Shown piece by piece: positions 46,401 to 51,829 of a stretch of DNA of 57,665 bases. A program made the position numbers and the translations under genes. This stretch comes from a virus (Duplodnaviria; Caudoviricetes), in the IMG/VR virus record IMGVR_UViG_3300042482_000462, positions 1-57,665 of that record; one strand, written 5' to 3'. Each line of letters begins with the position of its first letter. The stretch's first letter is position 1. The notes under the pieces are model-generated. The model worked only from the letters and a program-made list of their open reading frames with translations, was not told the origin of the DNA and searched no databases.

Positions 46401-46473
46401 CAGCAAGGCAGAGCGCACCATTGCCAACGCGCCCCGGCCGCTGCGGGCCGCCACGGCAGAGGCCTTGCAGTGA
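31456..46473 (+). CDS. Giant DarB-like polyvalent virion protein: N6-adenine MTase + SNF2 helicase + zincin metallopeptidase + PLxRFG domain
   Basis: EPGMGIG (36019), NPPF (36214), AHAVGAGKT (38104), DEAH (38593), HEALH (40867), PLMRFG (44569); 5005 aa. Confidence 0.93.
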   Translation: MPTLQELRTSIPELTGLDDSTAVEYIRRIHYPDRTAAEIGSRLGVKPAAPSVKPRSIPAAVNDTVIDFSNAVAGGVASIGNFVSPGNRVSKFIQDDIIQAGRANQSDATQAEDARYGQEMEAAQGIGDEVASTLGYVARNPIRSLATAAGSFVGPAAGVKAAQLAARGVGVSAGGVGAARAGMAGGALTGAALAGGDAGGTAYDLVIKAGGTPEQATEAARNASVIPAAVGGVGGMVGAERLLAGAKGFSGGRLAQIGKTAAVEGGQEFIEEGVTQYEGRRAAMPYDPTIDPMKGVAGAATMGAVLGAATGGAMAALKPQVPELGPLSRAANIAPDTTPEPPPPPVPLTPEQDATLKAHANARNAELTEKAKGTKDVKTPEGTIPGKQPEFLTPAEKEEQAFLQQNGGDTQALAKAYPGLTAEQEQRALANIQDFANEGQDRMRTFAPAPQPAPPRQPATVIRAEPEPRPQPPSFEPDLTTPAAIYESLNEIEQRNDQTRRMYAQQPGDRLNKQGKPFSNKAAAKIDQKKAGDGFAIVPADNGFVVRPVVGVSAEIPQMDADLPTLKKAWSDAAAAGRTEDAKVINDRILALKAPKNAPERQAPAQAEGTQAPAPAAVAGAAAPEADFSATGQPAVQAGGVDQKARWLKNVADSNRLAGPTGAQITGIENGRLNYAGDPRTSKQGKSLIASVDEALKAGATLAEIAQAAAPKPTSTNAAAPKVQPPAQVAGDRVAAAPRQGQVGDKFAAGEVALTASGRTTTPFPKVALDTNRKAAATIKAVDQWLMSNALAEAESRGDDFNARQFRANQTKPQQADKDSAEEYLFGDQPRVLPSITRPLISTAAAPPPQAQPAATAVARPNRRTKAVEAKAKEAESKRADYFSPGNIVKSFGGHDEVLSYTPTAGGGFTVKVHEVKKNDQGEWVRLGKPQDARQHATNPDARELAAGPVARLNPQPGAEVKYSEPRADGAPFQNAPGRGRAPVQDQANPAAPEPAPKTLKERREQAKATPGRNGPNVIINRLGPDGLTDAERAAGKKPYNDPPAPPADDKTVKSLFGNAPLKGASGKMDTLGGFSAGDRVKVSGRTIGDSTVEFLFTRDMAGFSEPGQMAQIVNADGKRLQVLTSELQRIDAAPDLQTSVAVRELAARAAALQTPPAAAPAPSANTVFTEDAAAAARARLKAKLGRLSSGIDPETMMDGITLAGYHVEKGARTFAAYARAMVDDLGDAVKPYLQSWYMALRADPKAAAFKADMDKASAIEDLTPPQIEALLAPNDANQTAQKAQNEAPKENPDDSPTSGSAPAVNQPLAQRPEPSTARRGAQQPRKRAGRADDRVVRGTGGLVESAADEGAPLGDGGKPDTVPAGADGTVAGGVQRVPTRDFRPAAGDLKREGSWFATAARNIDLIELALRIQAEKRVATPQEQAQLAKYVGFGASEIRNNLFPVPSQWARQQDPKRLIWPDLVREARWKPLAERMAALPEEWQRSVLQSTQYAHYTSEGVIRSVWSGLQRLGFTGGKVLEPGMGIGSFNMLMPDTVHATSRYTGVEFDGPTALIAQMLSPDQNMLHEDFIKRKFPRDFFDLAVGNPPFSQTKILGDPDYEKFGFMLHDFFFAKSLDRVRPGGLLVFVTSKGTMDKQSDKARKYLAERADLLGAIRLPSTAFEDNAGTSVVTDVLFLRKRAPGQEPAGPAWTGVQTIDTKDGPVVVNEYFAANPGMVLGEQRINGNVDDFGRRINSNGMGGAKYTVVSYDSTPEQLDERFAKAIESLPENVYSPLSANSEQVKRETAKVDFDPSIKREGVVYLGADGKLRRVQSGVGVALADGMKLSAKDEAWFKGYVGVRDMVQAARLAQVQDGDWEKALKALNKAYDAFRKEHGPINDFRTQTRRGTDEEGNEVTTEIRIFKNRRLFREDYDSAVMTQLEVINETGEIIKAPFLLGRTIGKPVVREVKTVGDALAVSLDETGRLDLDDIARRMSLRRDEVVDALGTQIYKAPGGQWQLSDEYLSGDVVAKLEEAELAARLDPSLARNVQALKEVQPEKLGPSQISVKAGASWVPAEYVNDFAKEIGAGAVTFDSKTESWQVQGGNERSARRAGAEYGTADRSPSELLESVLNSQSITIKRTDADKKVYTDAAATTAANEMARKIKEKFKGWVWTDADRASNLVEIYNKRFNNIAPRRFDGSHMTLPGVSLRFSLHPHQKRAIWRQVQTGDTYLAHAVGAGKTIEMIAGGMEQKRLGLISKPMYAVPNHMLEQFANEFMELYPLANIMVADDENFSAERRKAFVAAATLNAPDAIVITHSAFERIGVKEETVAPIRDEILDDLQTELEDSDKGDRVRRAQLQQQIEAVEQRFDSIVGAGKKDSTIKFEDIGADFVYVDEAHAFRKLDFTTNQKIKGIDPNGSRRALDMYVKTRYLGRKKPGRAMVFASGTPVTNTMGELYTIMRFFSPQELSRGGIATFDAWARQFGEAVPALEANAAGRYEVVERFAKFDNVPELMSRVRQFMDVLTSEHLGALVKRPDIEGGKPDLITVDPTEALKKYMKGVLLPRLEQSRKWKPTKDQPFNPDPVIAITSDGRFAALDPRFVGEKIDENATPTKLTRMADEVAQIYKASAGNEYLDKQGKPEPVKGSTQIVFYNLGFGAQSMQNRGFDARGTLTKRLVAQGVKRDHILWFDDADTDSKKETMFKAMRNGQARVLIGSAKKMGTGVNVQKRLLALHYFDPPWYPSDVEQPHGRIIRQGNQNTLATIKWYATKGTYDSTMWQMVARKQRFIDQAFSGDKSLRTMEDMSEASMFEQAAAVASGDPRALQLAGLRQDVERLERLQAAHASEQIALRSGLRSAEWNIESYAKRVKTYGDAFKAIGGGYYSFSSATVGGKTFDKVGEFGQALKDAFNQKAADAVMEPGTKTRALATLPSGITVRMEANEDREGKPTGEHELVLRAGSVDIQLTGYAAALGEKVDAVGLGRRVINAVNGIEADLNRAKSSLANEETDATRLRKKLGAPFEYQQELAEKIGDLKRLEEELRAEGEAEARAAAAEVVIDATGASEAGQPRADGAAQFSRATGQSTTPAQLRTALETEFSPETIGALERAGLLTIGDRPTAGMPSDAAGVSQGGRIGLFAGNTRPGSTAVAYHEALHATLKTSIGEQTYAALLDRLAAIDSKAMAGGATQKFFAQARGRIPADLTGTERLEELAAYSVEAVQAEREGTPLAIKRWVSDFLAALRAGLSKALQAAGVGLRIRARLLADPATLRKIARDGLQAMARQGMQGDAAMAFSQPAAGPKWYSALKQSIAGLSMGAAPAQGWKDSIKGLVAKGAVKADEIEWTGINEFLDLQQGKVTKAQVMAFMDANGVQVTETVLSDEVARSLPAGWQVLRGYDDTFTVSDGDGNIMGEGETAAEAVANAQDEDAAADTPSMTKYGRYTLPGGTNYREVLLTLPTKSSGKYWAEDVGTVPGVQNWMVASTRESDGETVYRGKSHGSRQSAERAIAELEGAKNYKSSHWDQPNVLAHIRLNDRTDADGNRVLFVEEAQSDWGQDGKKKGFANPSMKPLTNKEYQAYLDGLVDEYADKFAKEAGSRRDAERNAINMPMRALAEALGKADELATMRARRQMDIDGVAAVPLAPFVGATDKWLTLALKRVIKMAVDGSYDKVAFVTGEQSADRYDLSKQVDSIRITRVGADEFDVAAAVKGGGRGISETGLSLARLEETVGKELAKRGAALPEGVGETYTDTDLKVGGEGMKAFYDQIVPAATKALLKKLGGGQMEAVPIAAVEQGLRVKPVDSPFGKFVLVDGSGKEVGLFETEAEAKAYIRQAAKPQPGFAITPQMREKASGGMPLFSRTDQTATEAFKRWLSASLAFDGRPDAFAAEHGGDSLASDAAFVRNFFDTRTVQEFGLGGFDIPSRRVVMRRVLGVLEDFKIRQSVVQLIPVDVVNILGAKQLTPKMLFNDMAMLTDLLAGNRNDSIPLAVDETAKVADAVAAVTAEHLAANPKLGRSSGNDGAALGAGHRDAAALRQSGAGVLAVDIPAGRNGRREPENGRGALSARVETFHDRQRIKHAIAYNAESGTSTIKTFNPASPDIRFSRTMGETLREAVPSAAQEWIADRATSQRGFNRPWHRTVGTQLHKAKINKDFGRVYYAAQDFMKDVSRIATLASDRAPDMLPQIETLSDMAKLAPSLASPAAYKQRKADIKGASDALFDGTLRYTRNDDGEAVAVDPDSNELGGLVWTDAELRDRGMSERAIKMYRQSREAIDQSLDSMLAADLFRQAGVLKPEMLADTPSAHQALLDGMRKAAASDNPAQVGQMLREAIRGQLESLGTALEGQPNQYTDGLKQRQQELRDLQVAIGEKIERIGSLKASGYAPLMRFGPYAVDVIDADGQRIFFGLYEGQAAANQAARNFRGQGLQVSQSVMPQSDFEALKGVSPETAMLFAEMLGVEKNEAMQTWLKNAVAEQSALKRHIRRKGIEGFDEDGSRVLAAFVTSNARAASRALHATRMADAVENVRQGDVKDEARALVEYINNPKEEAQAIRSLLFVQYIGGSVASALVNLTQTLVQTLPYLSQYGGAVKAGQRLSGAMKLALADKITDTELSDAVKRAEKDGVIKPQEVFQLQAEASRSLGSNLYVRSLLSAWGSMFQMAEVFNRRVAFIGAYNTAKEQGIADPFAFAENAVDETQSVFNKGNRPNWSRGAVGATLFTFKTFTIQYVEFLKRLSTAGEPGSPERKQGQRAAAVALMMLMILSGMKGIPFADDAEDLVDTVAQALGYNWVTDAQRDRWLDKMLGETMSDIVQHGLSGVPGVPFDVSQRLGMANLLPGTGLLKQSETNKQNQVLEVFGVAGSAVKDATQGQVLPLAIRNLMKGLDTYQTGMYRDSRGRNVVESDGLGAALKAIGLQPSRVASAQRDIGRQIEERNLYSAVKEEITDAMAQARFDKDANAAKQAAAALNKWNDTNPEAPIIIKSHTIQARVRQMMRSKAERTIANAPRPLRAATAEALQ
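35336..35626 (+). CDS. Nested +1-frame gene inside the giant ORF, 96-aa helical protein (MIPPLQDLRLRSISRWLKDQSP...)
   Basis: AAGGAG at 35323-35328, 7 nt before the ATG; protein-like composition while the host frame reads as a low-complexity linker. Confidence 0.62.
   Translation: MIPPLQDLRLRSISRWLKDQSPALPAAVLNSRASELDEQMIESFEEREDSLKAQRMKERRWGTEESLTRFPLERMELWQEVCSEFLPVTSDQPQET
43042..43650 (-). CDS. HNH homing endonuclease with two Cys4 zinc fingers and C-terminal HTH, nested antisense in the giant ORF
   Basis: CAQC..YCKHAC, CAQC..FCSHRC, GYRII..EHRHVVEKHLGRKL..EDVHHINGDKLDNRLANLEI..EHSTHH, IKEIAHECGVTRQAV. Confidence 0.93.
   Translation of the reverse strand: MFNALPVMKSLYSCAQCSTPVLRFPSAVSPSGNVYCKHACSALAKGGSITMPCAQCGTVVTRRSSELGVRGKMFCSHRCYSVSNLCGFIDRKGYRIITVAGKQIREHRHVVEKHLGRKLLRSEDVHHINGDKLDNRLANLEIFKHSEHSTHHNAPTWDVEAAKSKFLNGSRIKEIAHECGVTRQAVAAMFRRKGIRPAVECQ
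43656..43684 (-). promoter_or_regulatory. Sigma70-like promoter of the nested HNH gene (TTGACG-17-TAGGCT), likely leaderless mRNA
   Basis: -35 at 43684-43679, -10 at 43661-43656, ATG 5 nt downstream at 43650. Confidence 0.72.
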
Positions 46474-46595
46474 TCGGCGCTGGGCTGATTGTTGCTGGGT
46501 ATCTGACCGTGGTATTCACATTCGGCTGGCCGGGCCTGTTGGTTGCGGCCGTGCATCTGGGAGTGCTGGCGCTTGGGCTGAAAAGCAAGAAGTGA
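46470..46595 (+). CDS. Small two-TM membrane protein
   Basis: GTG overlapping the giant ORF stop; IGAGLIVAGYLTVVFTFGWPGLLVAAVHLGVLALGLKSKK. Confidence 0.55.
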   Translation: MIGAGLIVAGYLTVVFTFGWPGLLVAAVHLGVLALGLKSKK

Positions 46596-46639
46596 CTCGT
46601 ACCGGCTGACAATTTAGGCCAACCCAGCATCAAACTAGG

Positions 46640-46672
46640 GTGAGTTGACTTCGCATAGGTGTCGTGTTCAAT
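46640..46672 (+). promoter_or_regulatory. Candidate late promoter, GTGAGTTGAC copy 3
   Basis: Intergenic, upstream of the second tail cluster. Confidence 0.5.
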
Positions 46673-46720
46673 GTGGACACGCCTGCGGATGTGTGTCTGC
46701 GTCAGGCGGATGGAGCGCCT

Positions 46721-47164
46721 GTGAGCAAGACAAACCAGTGGAGCAACGAGTTTCTGTTGCTGGCATTCAACAACCAGGCGACGGGCCTGGACGGCGATTC
46801 AACCGGGTTGCGCGGCAGTGCTACTGCTGGCGTCTATTGGATCAGTCTTCACACGGCTGACCCGGGTGAACTGGGCGCCCAAAACACATCTGAAGTCGGC
46901 TATACGGGGTACGCGCGCGTCAGCGTAAATCGTGCCGCTGGTGCAGGTGGCTTTACCGTTGCGGATGGCGTTGCATCCTTTGCGTCAAACGTCGAGTTTC
47001 CGCTTGGTGTTGGAGGTACTGGAACCGCAACACACTGGGGCATTGGAACAGGCCAAACGGGCGCCGGCAAACTTCGTTGGAAAGGGGCGCTAGACCCCGC
47101 CGTGGTGTGCGGTAACGGGGTCCGACCGCTGATTTTGGCCGGGCAGGTAGTCACAGAAACCTGA
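46721..47164 (+). CDS. Phage tail-associated protein
   Basis: GGAG SD plus GTG; ISLHTADPGE..EVGYTGYARVSV..THWGIG. Confidence 0.8.
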   Translation: MSKTNQWSNEFLLLAFNNQATGLDGDSTGLRGSATAGVYWISLHTADPGELGAQNTSEVGYTGYARVSVNRAAGAGGFTVADGVASFASNVEFPLGVGGTGTATHWGIGTGQTGAGKLRWKGALDPAVVCGNGVRPLILAGQVVTET

Positions 47165-47166
47165 CC

Positions 47167-50100
47167 ATGCCGATAGCCGCTGCAGACCTATACACAGCGC
47201 CGTTGGGGACCGCAGTAGTGCGGTTTGGCAATGGGCTGGGTGTTCCGCAATTTACGCAACAGCCGGTGAGCGTTGTTGCCAATGCGCCAGCAGCGGCCAC
47301 ATTCACGGCCACGGTAATCGGGGCAACATCGCTCCAATGGCAGCGGACAGCGCCAGGCGGCGGGGCGTTTTCCGACATCAGCGGCGCCACTTCAAGCAGC
47401 TATACAACCGCAGCTACCGATGACATTCATGACAGCGGAAGGCAGTACCGGTTACTTGCCTCAAACCCTGCCGGGGAGACGTTCAGCAATGTCGTGACGC
47501 TGACAGTACTGCGCAGTGTGGCGCCAGTCACAGGAACCATACCGCAGTACCTGACAAGCGATGGCGGCATTGCTGCAGCCGGCATGAACTACTCTGGTCC
47601 TACACGAACCAAGTGGCACAACAGGCTTGGTTTCGACTGGATCAGGCCCAACACCATGGGCAACTGGCGTGATTCTGCACAGGTGGCTGAGGGCGCGACG
47701 CCGTTTGCATCGTCGGCTGCAGTTACGACAGTGGGCCAGGTGGTAAGCATCACAGCCACGGCTCTGCTCAATCGCTGGATCAGCACAGGCCACAACAGGG
47801 GTGCTTATCTGGCTGTCACCAGCGGCAGTCTCTTCCCTGTCGTATTCCATGGGCGGACTGACCCAACGCCAGCGCTGCGCCCGAGGCTGACGGTGGTCAC
47901 GTCAACGGGAACGTTCGTATTGACGGCGCAGTGCAATGCCTGGTGGTCAATCAGCTCGTTCACGGCCGCTGGCAGCGCTGCTGAATGGCGCCTGTCACGG
48001 GACCAATCGCCCGGCGTGCTACGTTTTGACTTGAGCACACTGACCGGAACGGTGACCAGCGCCACGCTGGCATTCACCGTGAAGAGTTTCCCGAACGGCG
48101 GCAGCACGGGCCAGGTGATCGGTTTGTTTGAGCTGGACCCGCCAGGCATCATTGACCCCACGGGCGTGCAATCCCCGGTAGCTGGCCTGCTTACCGGGTA
48201 CTCCACATTCAATGCCTTCAAGTCGGCCGGCCTGTCGTCTGTGCTTTTGGCTGATGACTTCGAGTCACCAGGCCCATTCGATGCTGGCTTTACGCCACCT
48301 GCCACGCGCGCCCTGAACCAGGGCACTGGCACCACCTATGCGCGCGGCACCATCGCAAGCGGCGGCGCCCCAGATTCCGGCACCCCCAGTGCAGACAACA
48401 ACAAGGCGGTCAGTTCAGGAACTGGGCTTCGCGGGGCGCCGAACGTGGTGTATGAGGAGTTGTTCGGCCACTACGCCTGGTACATGGAGTCAACCTTCGG
48501 CACGACGCAGGAAGACGCCATCAAGATCCCGGCAATGGGCGTGCAGTTTGGCATATGGAATCCGGTGGGCTACTGGCAGCAAACCACCGGGAATGGCGGC
48601 TCCCGCGGCACCGGCTTGAAGGTAGACCGAGGCGGATCAACAAACTTTGAATACCAGGGCCACAGCATTCGACTGCTGACCGGTACGTCACCAAAGGCAG
48701 GGGACGACGACCCCTACAACGGGCTGTTCGGTCTGGGCGTGTACCCGTACAACCTGGACCAAGTGGATGACAACCCGGCCGGCGAAGCAGTGCCATACGT
48801 GGCACTGAAACGCGAAACGTGGTACGACATCGACATTAGGGTCAAGCAAAACACCGTTACAGGCGCGCAAGACGTGCTTGGCAACTACGCAACCGCCAAC
48901 GCTGACGGCATTTACCAGATCTGGATCAATGGTCTGCTGGTCTACAGCAAGACGACATTCCGCTGGCGCCGTCATCTGGAATTTGGCGTGCAAGGGTTGT
49001 GGATTGATGTGTACCACGGCGGCAAAACTCCTGCGCTTGTTGACATGCACTACCGTGTTGACCGGGCGGCCATCGCCACTGCTTACATCGGCCCGCCGCT
49101 GAACGCTATTCCAGTCTGGGTCACGTCAATCACACCGGGGGAAATGGCGACGTACACAGGTGGCGGTTCGGTGGTCACCAACAACTTCAGGTCGGTGGTG
49201 TCGCCCCTGTACGACGAGTTTTACTCGGTCAAGATCGTCAATGACTTCTCCGGTGCCGCGGCCAATCCTTGGTGGGGCACGCTGGGCGCCAAGATGTTCA
49301 AGGGCGCTGGGCATTCTGCGTCAAACGACAACAGCACGATGGTTCTGGAGTATGGCCAGACAACGATGACGTGGAAGCGGGTTGTAGACCCCAGTCCGTG
49401 GACCTATTCAGGTACAGGGGCTCCGCGCGACACCAGCGCAGAGTACACAAACCAGATGAACTACACCTGGGGCGAGTACCTGGTTGATGGCAAGCCGATG
49501 TCTTTGCACAGCTACGGGATGCTATGTGTGCAAGGCCCAGACGCTGGCGGCGCAGCCAACGGAACGATGTTGCTGCCCGCAATACTTGCCGGGCAGGTGG
49601 GCAGCTTCAAAGCGCAAGCAGCGCACGCTCTGCCTCTGACGAGCACCACTACGGCGCCGGTCTGGGCGCGTGCCAGTACAACCGCTCCCACAATCAGCGG
49701 TGACCCGGTTGGCCTTGCCGCTTACGTGCCGGCTCAGCGCCGTGTGTACCTGACCTACGGCAACGACTCCGGGGTGGTCCGGTGGCTTGACACTGTGACT
49801 CAATCATGGGTCACCGGGTCAGGGACAGGTTTTGCCCTGGCGCAGCACCTGTACGCAGCCGGCGAGTTCTACGCCACGATGGTCGCGGTGCCGGAACGAG
49901 ACTTGCTGCTCGTACTGGGCCGTTCAAACACAACTGGCAACCTAGTCATCCAATGGATGGCTGTCGGCGCCGCAGTCAATCAGCCAACCCTTGGCGGCAC
50001 AGCCGCGCTGTCGGCTGCGCTGACGCTTGAAACGCCGTGGACATCAGCGACATGGTGCCCGGACAACGGGAAGTTGCTGATCATCGGCGTGGCTGGCGAC

Positions 50101-50331
50101 TTGGGCGCGGTCCACGAAGTGGCCATACCAACGCTTCCGGCGTCGCAGACATGGCAGGTCACGCGCGTGCCATTGGGCGCCGGGCAAACGCTCAGCAACA
50201 CGATGGCTGGCTCTGTCGGCAACGTGTTCGGCAAGTGGGGCTATGACCGCAGGATCAAAGCGGTGGTGTTTGTGCCCGTGGTCAGTCTGTCGAACGACCA
50301 GGTGTACGTTTACCGACCGCTCAATACCTAA
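47167..50331 (+). CDS. Multi-domain surface/receptor-binding protein: Ig-like + beta-sandwich + polysaccharide-lyase-like jelly roll + beta-propeller-like C-terminus
   Basis: FTQQPVSV..LQWQ..ISGATSSSYT (Ig); IKIPAMG..WYDIDIRVKQNT..DGIYQIWING..LWIDVYHGG (PL14-like). Confidence 0.78.
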   Translation: MPIAAADLYTAPLGTAVVRFGNGLGVPQFTQQPVSVVANAPAAATFTATVIGATSLQWQRTAPGGGAFSDISGATSSSYTTAATDDIHDSGRQYRLLASNPAGETFSNVVTLTVLRSVAPVTGTIPQYLTSDGGIAAAGMNYSGPTRTKWHNRLGFDWIRPNTMGNWRDSAQVAEGATPFASSAAVTTVGQVVSITATALLNRWISTGHNRGAYLAVTSGSLFPVVFHGRTDPTPALRPRLTVVTSTGTFVLTAQCNAWWSISSFTAAGSAAEWRLSRDQSPGVLRFDLSTLTGTVTSATLAFTVKSFPNGGSTGQVIGLFELDPPGIIDPTGVQSPVAGLLTGYSTFNAFKSAGLSSVLLADDFESPGPFDAGFTPPATRALNQGTGTTYARGTIASGGAPDSGTPSADNNKAVSSGTGLRGAPNVVYEELFGHYAWYMESTFGTTQEDAIKIPAMGVQFGIWNPVGYWQQTTGNGGSRGTGLKVDRGGSTNFEYQGHSIRLLTGTSPKAGDDDPYNGLFGLGVYPYNLDQVDDNPAGEAVPYVALKRETWYDIDIRVKQNTVTGAQDVLGNYATANADGIYQIWINGLLVYSKTTFRWRRHLEFGVQGLWIDVYHGGKTPALVDMHYRVDRAAIATAYIGPPLNAIPVWVTSITPGEMATYTGGGSVVTNNFRSVVSPLYDEFYSVKIVNDFSGAAANPWWGTLGAKMFKGAGHSASNDNSTMVLEYGQTTMTWKRVVDPSPWTYSGTGAPRDTSAEYTNQMNYTWGEYLVDGKPMSLHSYGMLCVQGPDAGGAANGTMLLPAILAGQVGSFKAQAAHALPLTSTTTAPVWARASTTAPTISGDPVGLAAYVPAQRRVYLTYGNDSGVVRWLDTVTQSWVTGSGTGFALAQHLYAAGEFYATMVAVPERDLLLVLGRSNTTGNLVIQWMAVGAAVNQPTLGGTAALSAALTLETPWTSATWCPDNGKLLIIGVAGDLGAVHEVAIPTLPASQTWQVTRVPLGAGQTLSNTMAGSVGNVFGKWGYDRRIKAVVFVPVVSLSNDQVYVYRPLNT

Positions 50332-50343
50332 CCGAAAACAGCC

Positions 50344-51828
50344 ATGGCAGTCACTCATATCTCCAGCTTCAGCGGCGGCACAAACTTTTCCGCTACGCAC
50401 AGTGAAGCAGGCGTTGCTTGCGGCACTGGATCGAATCGGGTTGCATACGTTCTGCTGGGGCGCATCAACAACAGCACCCCTGAGCCCACGACTTGCAGCG
50501 TAGGGTCTGACACGCTTACAGCCAGTGGTGCTGGGCCGTTCACGGACAGCACAGGGCGCAAGTGGCGCCTGTTCTCTGGCGCCCTGACAGTCACGGGAAC
50601 ACAGACCGTTTCCGGGGCCTGGAGCACCGATGACGGTTTTGCTCTGATGTCCGGTGTGATCTTGCAAGTGGCAGACAGCGCAACCCACATTGCCGATCTG
50701 GTTACGGGCGCTGCTGTGAGCAGCACGGCCATGGATCTGACGGTGGCCGCCAGCGGTGCAGGCGACGCCGTGCTTCTGAGCTACCAAAATGACGGCCACC
50801 TAGTCACGACTGGCGCTGGTACAACAGCACTTCCCGCCCAGGACGGCGTAAACGGCACGCCGGCTCCTATCTACTTCCAGGCGCTCACAGAAGCCATTTC
50901 CGGCGCGGGCAACGTAGTCATCGGCGGTACGACAGCAACGCCCGCAGAGTGGCGCGCGGTTGCGTTCCGTGTCCCTTCTGATTCAGGCGGTACGCCGCCG
51001 ACGATCACGTTGCAGCCGACCAATCAAACGGTAACGGCGCCTGCAACGGCAACGTTTACCGCGTCGGCAACCGGTTCGCCAACACCGACAGTACAGTGGC
51101 AGCGCAACGGCACCAACATCAGCGGGGCGACATCCTCCAGTTACACGACGCCGTCCACGGCAGTGACGGGCGGCTCAGCCAACAACGGTGACGTTTACTC
51201 GGCGCGCTTTACAAACGCTTTAGGGTTTGTGCAGACATTGAATGTGACGCTGACGGTCAGTGCTTCCGGCACAGCTCCCAGCATTGCGGTACAGCCAGCT
51301 AGCCAATCTGTGTTTTCTGGGGCTACTGCGACTTTCACGGTTTCGGCTGCGGGCAGCGGCACGCTTACCTACCAGTGGCGCCGCAATGGGTCGAACATCA
51401 GCGGGGCCACATCAGCCAGCTACACCACACCGGCAACGACAGTGGCTGGTGGATCAGCCAACAGCGGCGATGTCTACAGCGTGGTGGTGACTGGCGACAC
51501 GTCGCCGGCCGCGACGAGCAGCAACGCGACGCTTACGGTCACCGCGGCGGCCACCTTCAGCATGACCTTCGGGCCATTTGCCCTGAATACAGGTGCTGGC
51601 CAGCGGGTTGCTGGTGAGGCTTTTGACTGGTGGGCATTTTCTGGGGTGGTGATCGGCGGCGACATCGACGCAGCGACACGGCGCAGGGGATCTGGCACTT
51701 TGAACGCATCTGGCCTTGCAGTCATTGCCGGCTTGCCTTCGGCCGGAAGTTGGGAGGTGCAGGTGCGGTTCCCGGGTGATGCAGAGCCCGAAAAGGGCAC
51801 CATGCGCGACACCTTGACGGCGGCCTGA
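50344..51828 (+). CDS. Virion protein with two tandem Ig-like domains
   Basis: Two copies of P.I..QP..Q.V....ATF...A.GS....QW.RNG.NISGATS.SYTTP. Confidence 0.85.
   Translation: MAVTHISSFSGGTNFSATHSEAGVACGTGSNRVAYVLLGRINNSTPEPTTCSVGSDTLTASGAGPFTDSTGRKWRLFSGALTVTGTQTVSGAWSTDDGFALMSGVILQVADSATHIADLVTGAAVSSTAMDLTVAASGAGDAVLLSYQNDGHLVTTGAGTTALPAQDGVNGTPAPIYFQALTEAISGAGNVVIGGTTATPAEWRAVAFRVPSDSGGTPPTITLQPTNQTVTAPATATFTASATGSPTPTVQWQRNGTNISGATSSSYTTPSTAVTGGSANNGDVYSARFTNALGFVQTLNVTLTVSASGTAPSIAVQPASQSVFSGATATFTVSAAGSGTLTYQWRRNGSNISGATSASYTTPATTVAGGSANSGDVYSVVVTGDTSPAATSSNATLTVTAAATFSMTFGPFALNTGAGQRVAGEAFDWWAFSGVVIGGDIDAATRRRGSGTLNASGLAVIAGLPSAGSWEVQVRFPGDAEPEKGTMRDTLTAA
50995..51540 (+). repeat. 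Tandem duplicated Ig-like domain coding repeat (about 50995-51258 and 51274-51540)
   Basis: Shared AACATCAGCGGGGC and TCAGCCAACA segments with matching peptide. Confidence 0.75.
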
Positions 51829-51829
51829 T

